A stretch of DNA of 40,385 bases from Vezdaea acicularis (GCA_026025075.1 JAPEUI010000031.1:124001-164385); one strand, 5' to 3'. Counted from the first letter of the stretch, positions 12,533-24,617 are shown. Made by a program: numbers and translations. The notes: generated by a model from the letters alone, not told the origin.

Positions 12533-14809
12533 ATGGCATCGATAGAGACATTGACTCGCAAGCGCGAGCTTGAGGATGCGAAGAGCCCTCTGTCGAAGAA
12601 GATCAAAGTCTCTGATCTCCCATTGGCTAACACGCAACGATCTGCCATTGACGGACTTGTCCACAATTTCAAGAAGAATGGGTCTTTCGATGAATTGAGG
12701 AAGAAAGCATGGGCAAAGTTCGAGGAAAGCGTAAGTCTAATTCGTTGGCATGAGATCAGAGTACCTGTACTCTCGTCTCAATTCCTACGTACATGGCATA
12801 CATTAACTTCATGCCGTTCCTAGGAAGATAAAACTTCCTTCCTTAATGCTTTACCTGCAATCGCTGAAGCGAAGATTGATGAAGACCCTGCTATTCTTTC
12901 AAAGGATCGGGGCAAGGCAACTACACTTGTAGAGGGAGCGGTTGACAGAGCCAAGGTCTATGATATCGTGGGATCAAACTTCAGGGCTCTCTTCAACGAG
13001 GAATATCCAGAGGCTTTAGAGAAAGTCCGTGCAATGCGACGAAAAGACGTGGGCGAAGAGCAGGCAGCCTCTGAACAACAACGGGGCAACAAGACAGATG
13101 AAGAGTACTCGGCAGAGACAAGATCAAGGCTAGCAGAGAGGCGTCGCATTCGAGAGGAGGAAGAGTTGAAGCAACGGGAGGCAGAAAGAGCTGAAGCAAG
13201 GAGGCGTCGTCAGGAAGAGGAACGTCAACAAGAAGAGGCGAGAGAGCAGGAAGCGCAAGAGAAAATTGAACGGGATAAGGCTCGAGAAGCTGAACGAGAA
13301 CGGAGGAGAAAAGCCGAGCAGGATTACGACCGTGAAAGAGCAGAAGAGCGCGAGCGTAAACAGAGACATGAACGTGAACGGGAACGGGAATGGGAGCAGG
13401 AGGAGCGCAGAAGACGAGACAGGGACCGAGATTGGGATAGGGGTCGCCATAAGGGCAGAGATAAAGAGCTTGCTATGGAAGATACGCAGGCTTCACCCTG
13501 GCGTGTGGATGATCGCAACGATGACTATGCTAGTAGTGGAGCGGAAAGGTCAGATAAGAAGCTGCCAATAGTTCTTGCTCCAGAAGATGAGGAGGCTCTA
13601 GCTGAAGAGGCACTGAGTTTGCTGCTAAGAGAAGGCCAAGAGGCTGCTGCGAAGTCACGACAGAGACCCGAGCAGGATCGATCTGAATCTTTGGAGCCGC
13701 CAACGCGCAGGGTCGCTTCATCCAGATCGTCTCGCCGAGACAGCCTCGCACATATAAGAGGTCCTTTGGATAGGAAGAGCGATTCTCGATCTCGAAGATC
13801 TCCCATACCTACTCGTGCCACGAGTCCTAGCGTTTCTATTCACCATCGAGCGCCGGATGCAAGAAAGCGTTACGCTCGTAGTCGGAGCGCTAGTCGCAGC
13901 CGGACCCAGACCCCAGATGATCTTGGTCGAGATGATCGCAGTCATTACCGAAGCTCACGAGTGGCTGACTCCCGCAACGGGAGGACAACAGATAGAGATT
14001 GGCGAGAGCGTGACTTTAAGGAAAGCGAAAGGAGGGATAGGGGAAGCCTACGATCTCGCCGCTACAGTCGGTCAAGGAGCAGGCCTCGTCGAACACCGTA
14101 TCCTACGCACTCCGCAGAAGCTAAGGAGGAGTTTAAGCTTAGAGCAGTCGCACAGCGGGAGCGCGAAGCAGAAGCATACAAACAAGCGCAGCGACAACAA
14201 AAGGCTAACGACGCCTCGCCTGCTTCAACTCATCCAGATCGAGGAGAGAAACAAGGCGGCACCCCATATACCGAGCGAGAAAGGCTACCAGCTCGTCTAC
14301 ATTCCCCTCGAAGCCGTCCTCGATCTCGTTCTCGAGAGAGGCCGATGAAGGATAGGCACGACCGGAGCCAATCTAGATCAACCTCCCCGAGACGATATCG
14401 CGACACTGACTACCGGAGCGAGCGGAGATCTCCCACAAGGGACAGAAGAAGTTCTAAGTTCGCACCCAGCAAGGATAAACATGATGTCGAGCGTGGCGCA
14501 TATGTGCCTAGAAATCACAGGAGGCGGGGAAGTGAGAGTAGAAGCCGAAGCCCTGTGCGAAGACGAGACAGAAGGAGCAGAAGTAGAAGCCCAGTCCGAA
14601 GAAGAGAAGAAAGGCGTCGAACTCCCCCTCTACGAGAAGATAGGGATGGACGAGGCACAGATGACAGAGACCTCCGCCGTGATCGATCCGAGAGGAATAG
14701 CCACGTGAAAGACATCGATCGATACGTACCAAGTGGAAGGCATCGCAGTGAAGAGAGACCTCGCAGATCAGATAGAGAAAGGAGTCGTGACCGAGACCGG
14801 AAGCGCTGA
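12533..14809 (+). CDS. BOD1/Shg1 (COMPASS-associated) domain protein with coiled-coil and RS/RD-rich C-terminus, 727 aa. Exons 12533-12730, 12824-14809
   Basis: Motifs SDLPL..QRSAIDGLVHNFKKNGSFDELRK and LSKDRGKATTLVEGAVDR. Intron 12731-12823 (GTAAGT..ATTAAC..TAG) joins the two track ORFs in frame. Confidence 0.8.
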
Positions 14810-15043
14810 GCCGATTGAGGCACGTGTTACTCATCTGATCAAATTAGAATTTCAAGCAATTTCAGCCAGAATAACTCAGGCCAAGGCACCCAGACGGAGC
14901 AAATTATACATTAGCACAGATAGCTCTACAAATATTTTGCAATACAATGTGATGCCCCGTTCCCATCCCAACCCAACCCAATGCAATGCATAGTCCCATA
15001 AACCCCGACCCCGACCCCAGCCCCCAAATCGCCCAATACAGAA

Positions 15044-16130
15044 CTACGTGATCTTCTCCCTCCGCAAATCGTTCACAACCATATACCTGCTGACCAGGAT
15101 CCACCCCCAACGAAACCACCTCATCTGACTCTTATGGGCGCCCACCATCGCCCTCTGCGCGCGCCAATACTCCAGTGGACCGCTCACAAACAGCAACTTG
15201 CCGGCCTTGGCCGTACTGCCCTCCGTGACGCCCCCCAGCACCACAAGCGCCATACTCACAATGGCATCGAAGACGCCGGTATACTTCCTCAGCATGCTCA
15301 CGCTGCGCAGACTGTACAGCTCGACGGGACAGGCCCAGCCATCCTTCCCTTTCATGAGGCTGGCGAGGTAGGCGCGCGCGCCGTGGAAGAGCGAGGTGTG
15401 GTTGGGGTGGAGCGAGACGCCTGCGGCGTCGAAGGTGAGGAGGAGGTCGATGCTGGCTTGTGGCGGGCAGGCGCTGGCGTCTCGTGTGAAGGCGCTGTGG
15501 AGGAGTGAGGTTATTTTCGCGGCGGGCCAGTTCGTGGTCATGCTGTCGGGGAAGGAGGGGTCGTCGACGACATAGACGTCGTCGCGGTGGCGGAGGCCGA
15601 GGGTGAGGACCGAGTCGATGAGTTCTTTCTTGCGCGTCTCGCCGAGGTTTTCGGCGTTGCCTGGGGAGGTTAGGATGGGGGGTTATGTGAGGGGTGGGGG
15701 GGGATAGGGGGGGGGGCGGACCGCTACAGAGACAGAGCACCTTGACGTGATTGCCTAGCTCGCGCCGGGTCAATTCGAGGAGGGTTGGTGCGAAGAACAT
15801 TGCCTCGTCGTCTGGGTGGGCGATTAGGAGGCAGATGCGCTTGTTCCGGATGACGGGGAAGGTGCGCCGCGTTGTCGAGGCCGTGTAGAACCATGTCGTG
15901 AAGAGGAGGATGACGAACGTCGCGAGGAAGAGGAAGGAGGGGAACGAGGAGGACGGAGCGTCGTTTGAGAGAGTCGGGCGCGTGACAGGTGGCGGAGGAG
16001 GCGCGAAGGGCTTTGCGGTGTAGAGCGACTTGGACGTGGAGTATGCTTTTGTGGAGGCCGAGGAGGCCGACGGCGGGTTGAAGGAGTACGAATAAGGAGT
16101 GTATACGGGCGGCGCGTAGGGCGTCGCCAT
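15044..16130 (-). CDS. GPI12: GlcNAc-PI de-N-acetylase PIG-L/Gpi12, about 341 aa. Exons 16130-15722, 15660-15044
   Basis: A transmembrane anchor, then ICLLIAHPDDEAMFFAPT, LCSG|NAENLGETRKKEL (intron 15721-15661, GTCCGC..CCTAAC..CAG), LLTFDAAGVSLHPNH and AHKSQMRWFRWGW..SRYMVVNDL. Confidence 0.95.
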
Positions 16131-16652
16131 GATGCGTTAAGCGTATGACGCTATCGACGGAAGCTGATACTCGCCGCAGCGGACTGAGCGGACGTCAGGC
16201 CGGAGATGGGAATTGTCGTGGAATGTGATGCGTGACGCTTTCCGGATGTGCAGATGTACGGAGCGGGAGGCGGACTGAGGACACCTTGCAGATTGGCGGG
16301 TGCCAGGGGGGGGAGGGGCGCGGGGTGCGATGCGCTAGAAGCGCTTTCGCGAGATTAGAAGTAGTGGGGTGGGAATCGGTACGGCCGATTGAACATCATG
16401 TGGGAACAGACATGGAGTGATGAGGAGGTTGGAATAGGGGCAGGCTGCTAGAAATTTTGGCGAGGGGAAAGCTTGGGCCAGCATGGTGAGTTGTGGCGTG
16501 GCTCTGGAAACGTGTTCGCGGCCGACGTCACCCCCGAGAACCGATCTAGAGTTTCAACGCATGAATCAATACGTTAGTTAGTCAAATTTTTTAATGCATA
16601 GTTTCTACGCTTCTAATTTTTTTCTAAGCTTCTAGGCATGAATTGGTTGTTT

Positions 16653-18421
16653 TCATGTTTCACTCCATTCCTTAAAGCTCTTCTGGCGCTGCCTCGAGTT
16701 CCACTGAAGCGTTCTCGAGATGCTATTCACCCAGTCTTCACTTCGCCTCCCTTGTGTCATCACATTGGCAAAGGGATATCGAGATGCGGAAATGGTAACA
16801 TAGTCCCCTGGATTTAGCTCTACTCTGTTATTTGTTAGCGTGCGCGGTCGAAAGTGGATTTCCCAACGTACCGTTCTCGCCCGTCAAAGCTCGCCCACGA
16901 GCTCGTCCGCGCATCATAAGGAACACCCACCCTGAGCACGATCGTATCTGGCAGAATGATTGGACGGAAAGAAAGCGTATGCGCGCATATTGCAGTCACA
17001 AGTATGACTGGGTTTTCGGGATGGCACAGAGAGCCCCCAGCGGCCAAGTTGTAGGCGGTGGATCCTGTGGGAGTGGCAACACATATGCCATCAGACTGGA
17101 CAGTAGTGAAGTGTTCGTCATCGCCGAAGATCTCAATAGAAGACATTGCTGTATTGTTGTTAGTCTAACCTCTGTCAAAATGATTGAGGAACAATTGCCT
17201 ACTTGGATTTGGTCCTCGATCGACGACAATGTCGTTCAAGATCTCAAAGGTTTGAAATGGCTTGTGTGTCCGATGGTCGCCATGTTCCTCGCCCACGAGC
17301 TCTTCCACGAGGTCTCTTTTCCCACTGTTTTCTCTCTTTTGTGATCGCATGACAGTCCCTTCAAAGCGAAGGCGGAGAGAGACTGTGATCCCATCTCGAA
17401 AGGCGGTTGTCAAGATTGAAGGAAATGCCTCATAGTCGAACTTGGTCAAGAACCCTAACGATCCCAAGGCGAAAGAAAGGACGGGTGGAACTACTCTTTG
17501 AAACAGCCAGCTTGCATAGAGCACCGTGCCATCGCCTCCAAGCTAGTCCTTCGTTAATAATGATGTAGAGCGATTGGAACACAGAATCTTACCGTAATGA
17601 CAAAATCGAATGTCTGGGGATGCCGCTTGCAAAGCTCAACAGACCAGTATTTTAGGCGGTTCGCGTTACAAGCATGCTCAGCTATCAGGCCAGGAGCGTC
17701 AAACTTCTTGTTCTCCTTCAGGGTGTTCTCCACATAACTAAACAAGGGTCAGGTTCAATAGATTACATGTTTCCTTCCGAAAGACTTACACTGTATATTT
17801 TGTGTCCCTTTCTGGTGCCAACAGCCAACGGGCGACTTCTCTTGTGTAGATGATCAAGGTTTCATCATGGGCCTTTGTAAGAAGAAAGACATTTCGCACT
17901 TGGAGCTTCAACCTGAGACTGCCCAGCTTTTTAGATAGCTCTCTCACGCCCCAGGCCATATCAGAAAGCTGTCGCTTTGTAAGTAGCCTTGAATGTGTTG
18001 CCTGGTCGAAGTCATCTGGCTTGACCTCGTCAGCCAAACCAATCTGCTCATTGGCACCATCAGCCATATCGGCGCCTCGACCTGGATGGTCCAACATGGA
18101 ATGAACGAAGCAGGCTGAACTTCGCGATTGTTTGACTCCGGTGATTGAGGATTTCCGCCGGTGGCTATTTCCCGGGTCGAACACCACCTAGTAGTAGCTT
18201 TAGAATGAGAACTAGCCCAGGTATCGCGGGAAAAACTACTTCTAAGGCATGTTGATATTCAGATTCGCTAGCGCTTGAGCCGCCATGATCCTGAGGATAA
18301 ATGATCAGCCATCTGCTTAAAAGGCTCCGATGACGCCATGACTCACCTCATCAGGTTGTAGATTATTGAAAGCACTTGGAATCTCTGACACGGTCAAGGA
18401 GGGCACCGGCATATCTGCCAT
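16653..18421 (-). CDS. UTR1: ATP-NAD(H) kinase, Utr1/Yef1-like, about 485 aa. Exons 18421-18347, 18290-18240, 18187-17790, 17737-17593, 17542-17203, 17148-16872, 16824-16653
   Basis: Motifs [71 protein letters not shown] and [10 protein letters not shown]. All six introns are GT-AG and the phases are consistent (1458 nt in total). The first two exons are less certain. Confidence 0.92.
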
Positions 18422-19438
18422 GTTTGCAGCCACGGTACTACGTGGTCAAAGAATGGATGAACCGTGGATGGAAGTCATGCTTGTCGACGCTTGGGCATTT
18501 GCCGGATCAAGCCGCTTCCAGATGCGACAAGCAAGTGCAGTCCGGCAAACATGTAACAAGACTGATGTTCAAGTCGTGAGATCTTCTTCGTCACAAACGA
18601 ACAAGGTTACCACAGATCGTAGAGATCGTGGCATCAGCAAGAATCATGCATGAGTTTGCTTTTACTGGCCCAACGTAAGGGCGTGGGATGTCGTTGGTGG
18701 GCTAACGAGCCCAGGAACCAAACGCTGCCGCCGCTACACCGGCTATGCGCTGTCGATCACATTCAAAGCTGCACAGTGGACGCTGCCTTCATTCTGCGCA
18801 TCGAATTGGCTCTTGGAGGTTGTGACGCTCGTGCCAGAGCGTCTGATGCCCAGGATCTCAGCACAAGATGATGAGCTCCTGGGCATCATTCGTAGACTCC
18901 TCGACAGGCAACCGAGTCCGGCGGTTCGGGGACCCCCCACGAGTGTGATCAAGGCCCGCTCGCCTCGGATTGCCTGCGGAATCCCGGCGAGGGGTTACGC
19001 TAAAGATAAACGTGGCGCTAGGCCCGGACAGGATGCGGCCTCGAGACGGAAAGAGGCAGGCACGACCAGCATTCTTTCTAGAACCAGGATGGATGACATT
19101 CTAGCCCCTGAGCGGTCGGCAGCGCTGAGCATCTCGTTCGCGATCCGGTCCCACCAGACCACGGTCCTCCCCAGCACGTGGGAGGGGATTGGAGATTACG
19201 CCATCGTGCAACGTTCGAGCAGCGTCGGTGCGAGGGCAATTGCTTTTTGAGATGGCTCAGAGTTGGCCAGAGGACGATATATGTTTCGATTCCCGATCAG
19301 GAAGGTCTCTTGGCCTCGCTCTCCTCGAACATGTCTAAGGAGCAGGCCCATGGTCGTGGCTGACTCGTCCTTTCTTGTGTCCGAAAGCTTTAAAGGCAGG
19401 GCGTATGGCCGTGCGGACCACCGCTAGTAGGGCCGACC

Positions 19439-22400
19439 ATGGCGAACGGACTTAGTCTCTTTCCCTCGACTCTGACAACGCAAAAGTATCGCTGTCTGCT
19501 CGTCGAGCGTGGGAAGAGTGTATACTGTACGCACGACGGCTGTCGGAGGGTCAAGGCACCATCATGGGCAAGTCAGGCTCTGAGCGAGCCTTGCGGACCG
19601 CCTCCTTCTGCGCCTTTGCCTGCAATCCCTCAGCCTATCACAAGGCCGGATACGGCCACCACCCTCCAGCCTTCGAGGCCACCCCCCACGAACGAGGCTA
19701 CGATAGCCTTTAACACCGATCGATTTCCTTCGTTTTCGAGCTCAACCGCCGACAGCGACCTTCCGACGTTCTTAAATAGATACAATTCCACCGGAGATTC
19801 GTCTGACCGCAGGGCAGGCGTCATCCTTCCAGCGATGGAGCTCGATCGATCCTTGTCTGTGACTGTATCTCAGAATTCTTCTGCTAGAGCTTCCTACTTC
19901 AGCGCCACGAATCCAGTCTCGCCCATCACCACTTCGTACTCTGAGGAGACTGGACTGGAGCCGATGAGGGAGACAGTAGAAGTAGTGCCATCGCCGAGTC
20001 TCCGGCGTTCATCCTCCTCGCCAGATCTAAAGTGGCAGGAGTTTCCTCCGCCAAAAGAGCTTTTGATTTACGATGAAAACATTGCGCCAGAGCTTGTCAA
20101 TATCATCAAGGATGCGTTACTACAGAACGGGCCAGCCGGAAAAGCTCATAAAAGCCAACCTCAAACAATCCCAGAGCATGGCCTACCGGCGCCACCTCCA
20201 GTAATCTCGCAGACCTCCCGCACCGACAGCATGGATGGCCCCATGCTTGCTCATGAGGTAGCATTGGAGGCAGATCAGCCGGGTCTCCAGGTGGTGCGAG
20301 GTCCAGCGTCTCCACAGAAAGCAAAGACCCCTGCCCCGAGCGTCTCGTCGTCTTCGAGCATCCGATCTGTACCAGACACCCAGCGACCAACGCACCGTCT
20401 CTTCATGCGCGCCTTATCGTCGAAAAGCTCAGGGGATCACCGCCATGGAAGCAGTGAGCATAGCTCGTCCATTACGACATCTTTCATGCATAGACGTGCA
20501 AACAGTAAAGGTAGCAAGGAAGGCACGCCTAATGGCTCCGTCAGTAAGCTACTTACGCCTACCTCTCGTCGGTCCCTTTCCTAACCCTCGAACGCACAGG
20601 TACCTTGTCCGCGAAACACATCGATTCTTCTAGAACCCTAGGCGGAACCTCTATCGCTCCAGCACCGCCTAAAGAAAAGATGAGCAAAGGCAAGGAGAAG
20701 AATATTCTAGCGTGTGTATAGCCTTTGCCCCATGCACATTCCAGATCCTAACCTGCTCTTTAGTAATTGTGGATCGTGCATGGCAGAATGCAGGAACAGA
20801 AATCTGGTTATATTAGACTGCAACCACAAGTTTTGCAAAGTGTGCTTTCCAAATTTACTCCTGTAAGTCAATTCTACACGGCTCGGCTGGGGGCGTCACC
20901 AAAGCATGGCGACGTAATGTGCAGCACACCTCGAGGCAAGCCAGGCCACCATCTGACGACTCCAGAGTTCAAGGGTTTACTCTCTTTCATCGAGACTAAC
21001 GAGCGGAGTAGGAAAACAATAGATGATGAGGCAATGTTTCCTCCGGCCTGCTGCGGCCTTCCCGTTTCGATGAAGGAGATCCAAGCAAATCTTGATGCCA
21101 ACGAAAGGACGCTTTACAAGCAAAAGGAGAAGGAATTTGGCACACCGCTGGACAGTCGCCTTTATTGCCCATCCAAGAGTTGCGGCAAATGGATCGAAGT
21201 ACCTAAACGGGTCAAAAGTGCCAAGATCACCAAAGCGCCTGATGCTGTTTGCAGTGCTTGCAACACGGTCGTTTGTGTATCATGCCATCAAGAAGCCCAC
21301 CCCGATTATGATGCTTGCCCGCAAGAATTCACCGGTAATTCGAGCCCGCAAAGGACGCAGCGTAATGGTTGGCAGCAATGCCCTGCGTGCCGTGTTGCGG
21401 TCAGGTCCATTTCGGGTAGTCATCACCTCAGTTGTGATTGTGGCGCTGAGTTCTGCGGCCTTTGCGCCGCTGAATGGAAAACGTGCCTCTGTCCCGAACA
21501 TAATAGGTACGAAGAGCCGCCAGTGGGAATGGAGAAGCGTGGAAGCCTACAAAAGGATGACGCAGCCGATTCTGCCGCGGCCCTACGCGCTGTCGCCAAA
21601 ATAACATCAGCGAAAGCCCAGGAGGAGGAGCGCTTAGAAGCTGAGAGACGTGAGCAGCATGCTCAAGAGATTGCAGCACGTCGTGGCCAGGTCGAGGCAA
21701 AATTCAGAAGCTTGGAAATGCAATTGAACAGGATTCACGATCGTCAGAGAGCGCTGATGTATCAACGGCATGAGAATGAAGCAAAAGCCCTTCGTGAAGG
21801 GCAGACTGTCGACAGGTCTGATGGCTCTGAAGTTAAAGCCAGGCAAACGTCCGAGTCGCACCGCGAGAAGCTCGAAGCGCTGGAGAGAGAGCATGCTCTA
21901 GCTGTCGCCGAGATGGATGCACGCCATCAAGACGAAGAAGATGACACCTTCGTCAGCATCACACGCGCATATCGCACAAAGCCCGACAAAGACGCGAGAG
22001 TGAACAGCATGATGGAAAAACTAGCCAAGATGCAAGCAGAGGAGAGAGCAGAACTTGCTCAAACTCAGAGTGCGGAGCGCGAGAAGCTGGTGCGGCAAGA
22101 ACAAGACGAGACGGCTGAAGCGGAACGGGCACTCATCGCGCGCGACCGTTTCCGCCGTGACCAGGTCGCGCGGCAGAGCCGCATGCAGATGAAGAGGGTT
22201 TGGGCTGATGGGGAGTGGATGAATGCTGTCATTGAGACGCGCTACCGTCTGCTCGAGAATGAGCAACAACACCAGATTGCCGATGCGGTAGACGACGCGG
22301 TCAGTCAAGCCCCAGATGATAGACCGGTGTTGCCAGCCATCGACGAGAAACATCTCTATAGCTTCGTCGAGAGCCCGTTGCATCCACTTGAAGAGCAGCA

Positions 22401-22440
22401 GGAACGCAGGGTGCTCCGCTCATATGGCATTGACCACTGA
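19439..22440 (+). CDS. RBR-family (RING1-IBR-RING2) ubiquitin-ligase-like protein with disordered N-terminus and coiled-coil C-terminus, about 914 aa. Exons 19439-20543, 20600-20711, 20764-20862, 21012-22440
   Basis: Splicing restores RING1 (CGSC..LDCNHKFCKVC..L|KTIDDEAMFPPACC). IBR is RLYCPSKSC..CSAC..CVSCHQEAH..C and RING2 is WQQCPAC..HLSCDCGAEFCGLC..WKTCLC. The introns have CTAAC branch sites. The start codon is uncertain. Confidence 0.85.
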
Positions 22441-22742
22441 AAACGTCCAGCGAGGAAAATTACTCTGTACCCATGATTAGTCAAGTCGGGATAGTCAACT
22501 CCAGCTGTCGACCCACCAAGGACACACCAGGATGTAGTCCTCTATCACCATGTTCAAGGCAAAGCTCCTTGGTTAAGAAGATTGAGGGAGTTTTGGAGCT
22601 CGTTGGTGTTCGCTCGCGATACTCAATCGGCGTTGTCAGATCGGAGCTGCACGATGCTGGGCACGGGAGTCACCGATGTGGGTATCCACGGCTCGTTTAC
22701 CGAAAACTCAGGTACCATCGCTCGGCCGAGACTGGCGCCCGT

Positions 22743-22773
22743 GTTTCTCCACGTTTCTCCACGTTTCTCCACG
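22743..22773 (+). repeat. Tandem repeat (GTTTCTCCAC)x3
   Basis: Three exact 10-nt units are directly visible. Confidence 0.9.
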
Positions 22774-23391
22774 CTTTTAGCGTCCATTCGTCAATCGTGT
22801 CACAGAAACGGGACGATCCCGTTTGAGATACAGCCGACGCGCGGTTGCTTCAAAACTGAGATATTTCTTGCCACGATACACCGGCTATCAAAGCATAACG
22901 GCTGAAGTCGTGTCGGCCCGAATGAATCAAGGCCCATTGTTTCTTTGCCGCACACTGCGCGCAAGAGCTGGGTCGCGGTGGCTTTACACCGAATCCTTCG
23001 ACGATCACGGTTTAGGTTTAAAGGCCGCTGCGAAACGTGGGTGAGGAAGTCTCCTCATGAATGTGATCTCTTCCACGGGCCCGATGATGGCTCGTGACCC
23101 TCGACCACATCCTTCTAGAACACGGTATGGTAGACAGAAGTTCCCCATGGGTGGCCCGGTCTCCCGGAGCTATCTCCTTACGCCACTGGGCTGCGCGCTT
23201 TAAGCGTATCAATTGTTTAGCTCCAACATCGCCCTTCAGCTTAAGAGTTAACTGTTTTCCATTCTAGGAAAGTCCCAAGCTCCGTCTCTCTCCAGATTTT
23301 CCCTGGAATGCCACCCTGTAAATACTCCTTGTATCGGCCTCGATGATAGTCTCATGGATTGGAGTACCAGCTTCGACTCCACGCGACAAAC

Positions 23392-24468
23392 ATGCGGTTC
23401 CCTTCCTTCGTCACGGCGCTCGGCGTTGTCGTGTTCTTTGCTGATCAGGTCGTTGCTCCTTTACCCGAAGGTGGCCTTCCAGATAACTTCTGGAGCAGCC
23501 TTCCTACGATAGGAGAGGATGACGACTGGCCCGACATCTTCTCAAGCGCCGAGGCGGACATGGATCTCTCCGAAGTCTTCCCCAACGTACCGATCGACGT
23601 TTCACCCGGCTCTCTGCTCGATGAGTCACCACTCGTCCCGCTCGACATGAAGGACCAATACGCATTCATAGACTGCCCGGGCCCGCTCCCGCAAGCCTTC
23701 TTCCCCCCCGAACGCCCGCGAGAGCTCTTCAACAACCTCCAAAGCCTCTGCTCCTTCGCCGGCCTCTTCGTCTCGCAATTCTCCGTCAACATGGGCTGCG
23801 GCTGCCGCGACCCCACCAACCCCTTCGGCGGCGCCATCCACTGCTACCGACCGCCCGTCGCCGACCCGCTCCTCTGGGACGTCATCCCTCTGAGGGAACA
23901 CTGCCATCGCTTCTGCCGCTGCCGGAACGTCCCCGAAGGCACCCCCGGCTACACCGGCATCTACTACGGCGACCCCGCCATCGAGAAAGCGCTCCGCAGC
24001 TCCGGACCCATCGACCACCGCAGGCCCCGCCCCCAGCCCTCCTCCCTCTCCCGCTCCTCCTCCGACTCCGACCACTCCTCCAAAGACCTCGCCAACAACC
24101 TCCCCTCCGACTGCCTCGCCACTTCCCACTCCCACCGCTCCGCACTCACCCGCTGCCCCTCCTGCATGGACCCTTGCTCCAGCAACGCCGACTGTAATAG
24201 CCATCCCAACTGCCGCTGCGCCGCCCTCTCCCGCGTCGGCCGCGATCGCTCACACTGGCAGTCTTGGTGCGGCATCCTCTCCCCGCGCAGCGGCATCGGC
24301 CGCAGAACCCTCGACCTCGTCCCCGACCTCAATCTCGACACGCCGCCCTGCGTCTGCAATGCCACGTACGTCAGCCACGCCTGCTGCGCTGCCGACGACG
24401 GTCTCGTCTTCGAACATCCCTCCTTCAGGCTTGGCGCGCTGCTGAACGAGACGGTTCCGGATTTATGA
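23392..24468 (+). CDS. Secreted cysteine-rich protein of unknown function, 358 aa, single exon
   Basis: ATG in AAAC-ATG context, hydrophobic signal-like N-terminus MRFPSFVTALGVVVFFA, acidic pro-like region, 20 Cys in clusters, strong C bias at third codon positions, and C-terminal CVCNATYVSHACC..DGLVFE..FRLG. Confidence 0.82.
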   Translation: MRFPSFVTALGVVVFFADQVVAPLPEGGLPDNFWSSLPTIGEDDDWPDIFSSAEADMDLSEVFPNVPIDVSPGSLLDESPLVPLDMKDQYAFIDCPGPLPQAFFPPERPRELFNNLQSLCSFAGLFVSQFSVNMGCGCRDPTNPFGGAIHCYRPPVADPLLWDVIPLREHCHRFCRCRNVPEGTPGYTGIYYGDPAIEKALRSSGPIDHRRPRPQPSSLSRSSSDSDHSSKDLANNLPSDCLATSHSHRSALTRCPSCMDPCSSNADCNSHPNCRCAALSRVGRDRSHWQSWCGILSPRSGIGRRTLDLVPDLNLDTPPCVCNATYVSHACCAADDGLVFEHPSFRLGALLNETVPDL

Positions 24469-24617
24469 CCTTGGGCCCTCTTTTTCTTTTCATTTCTTGT
24501 TTTTTTAGGGGCCGCGGGTAGAAAGCCTGGGTGTAATTTTCTTGCGTGGGGTTTTTTTGGGGGGATTGGTGGTTTTTTGGGAGGGGCAGGGGCGGAGTGG
24601 AGGGGATACCTAGATCG

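Noticed and set aside
20767..21011. N-terminus of track ORF 20767-22440 (MWIVHGRM...)
   Set aside because: It is an out-of-frame reading of the RING1 exon plus intron sequence. The spliced model restores a proper RING1.
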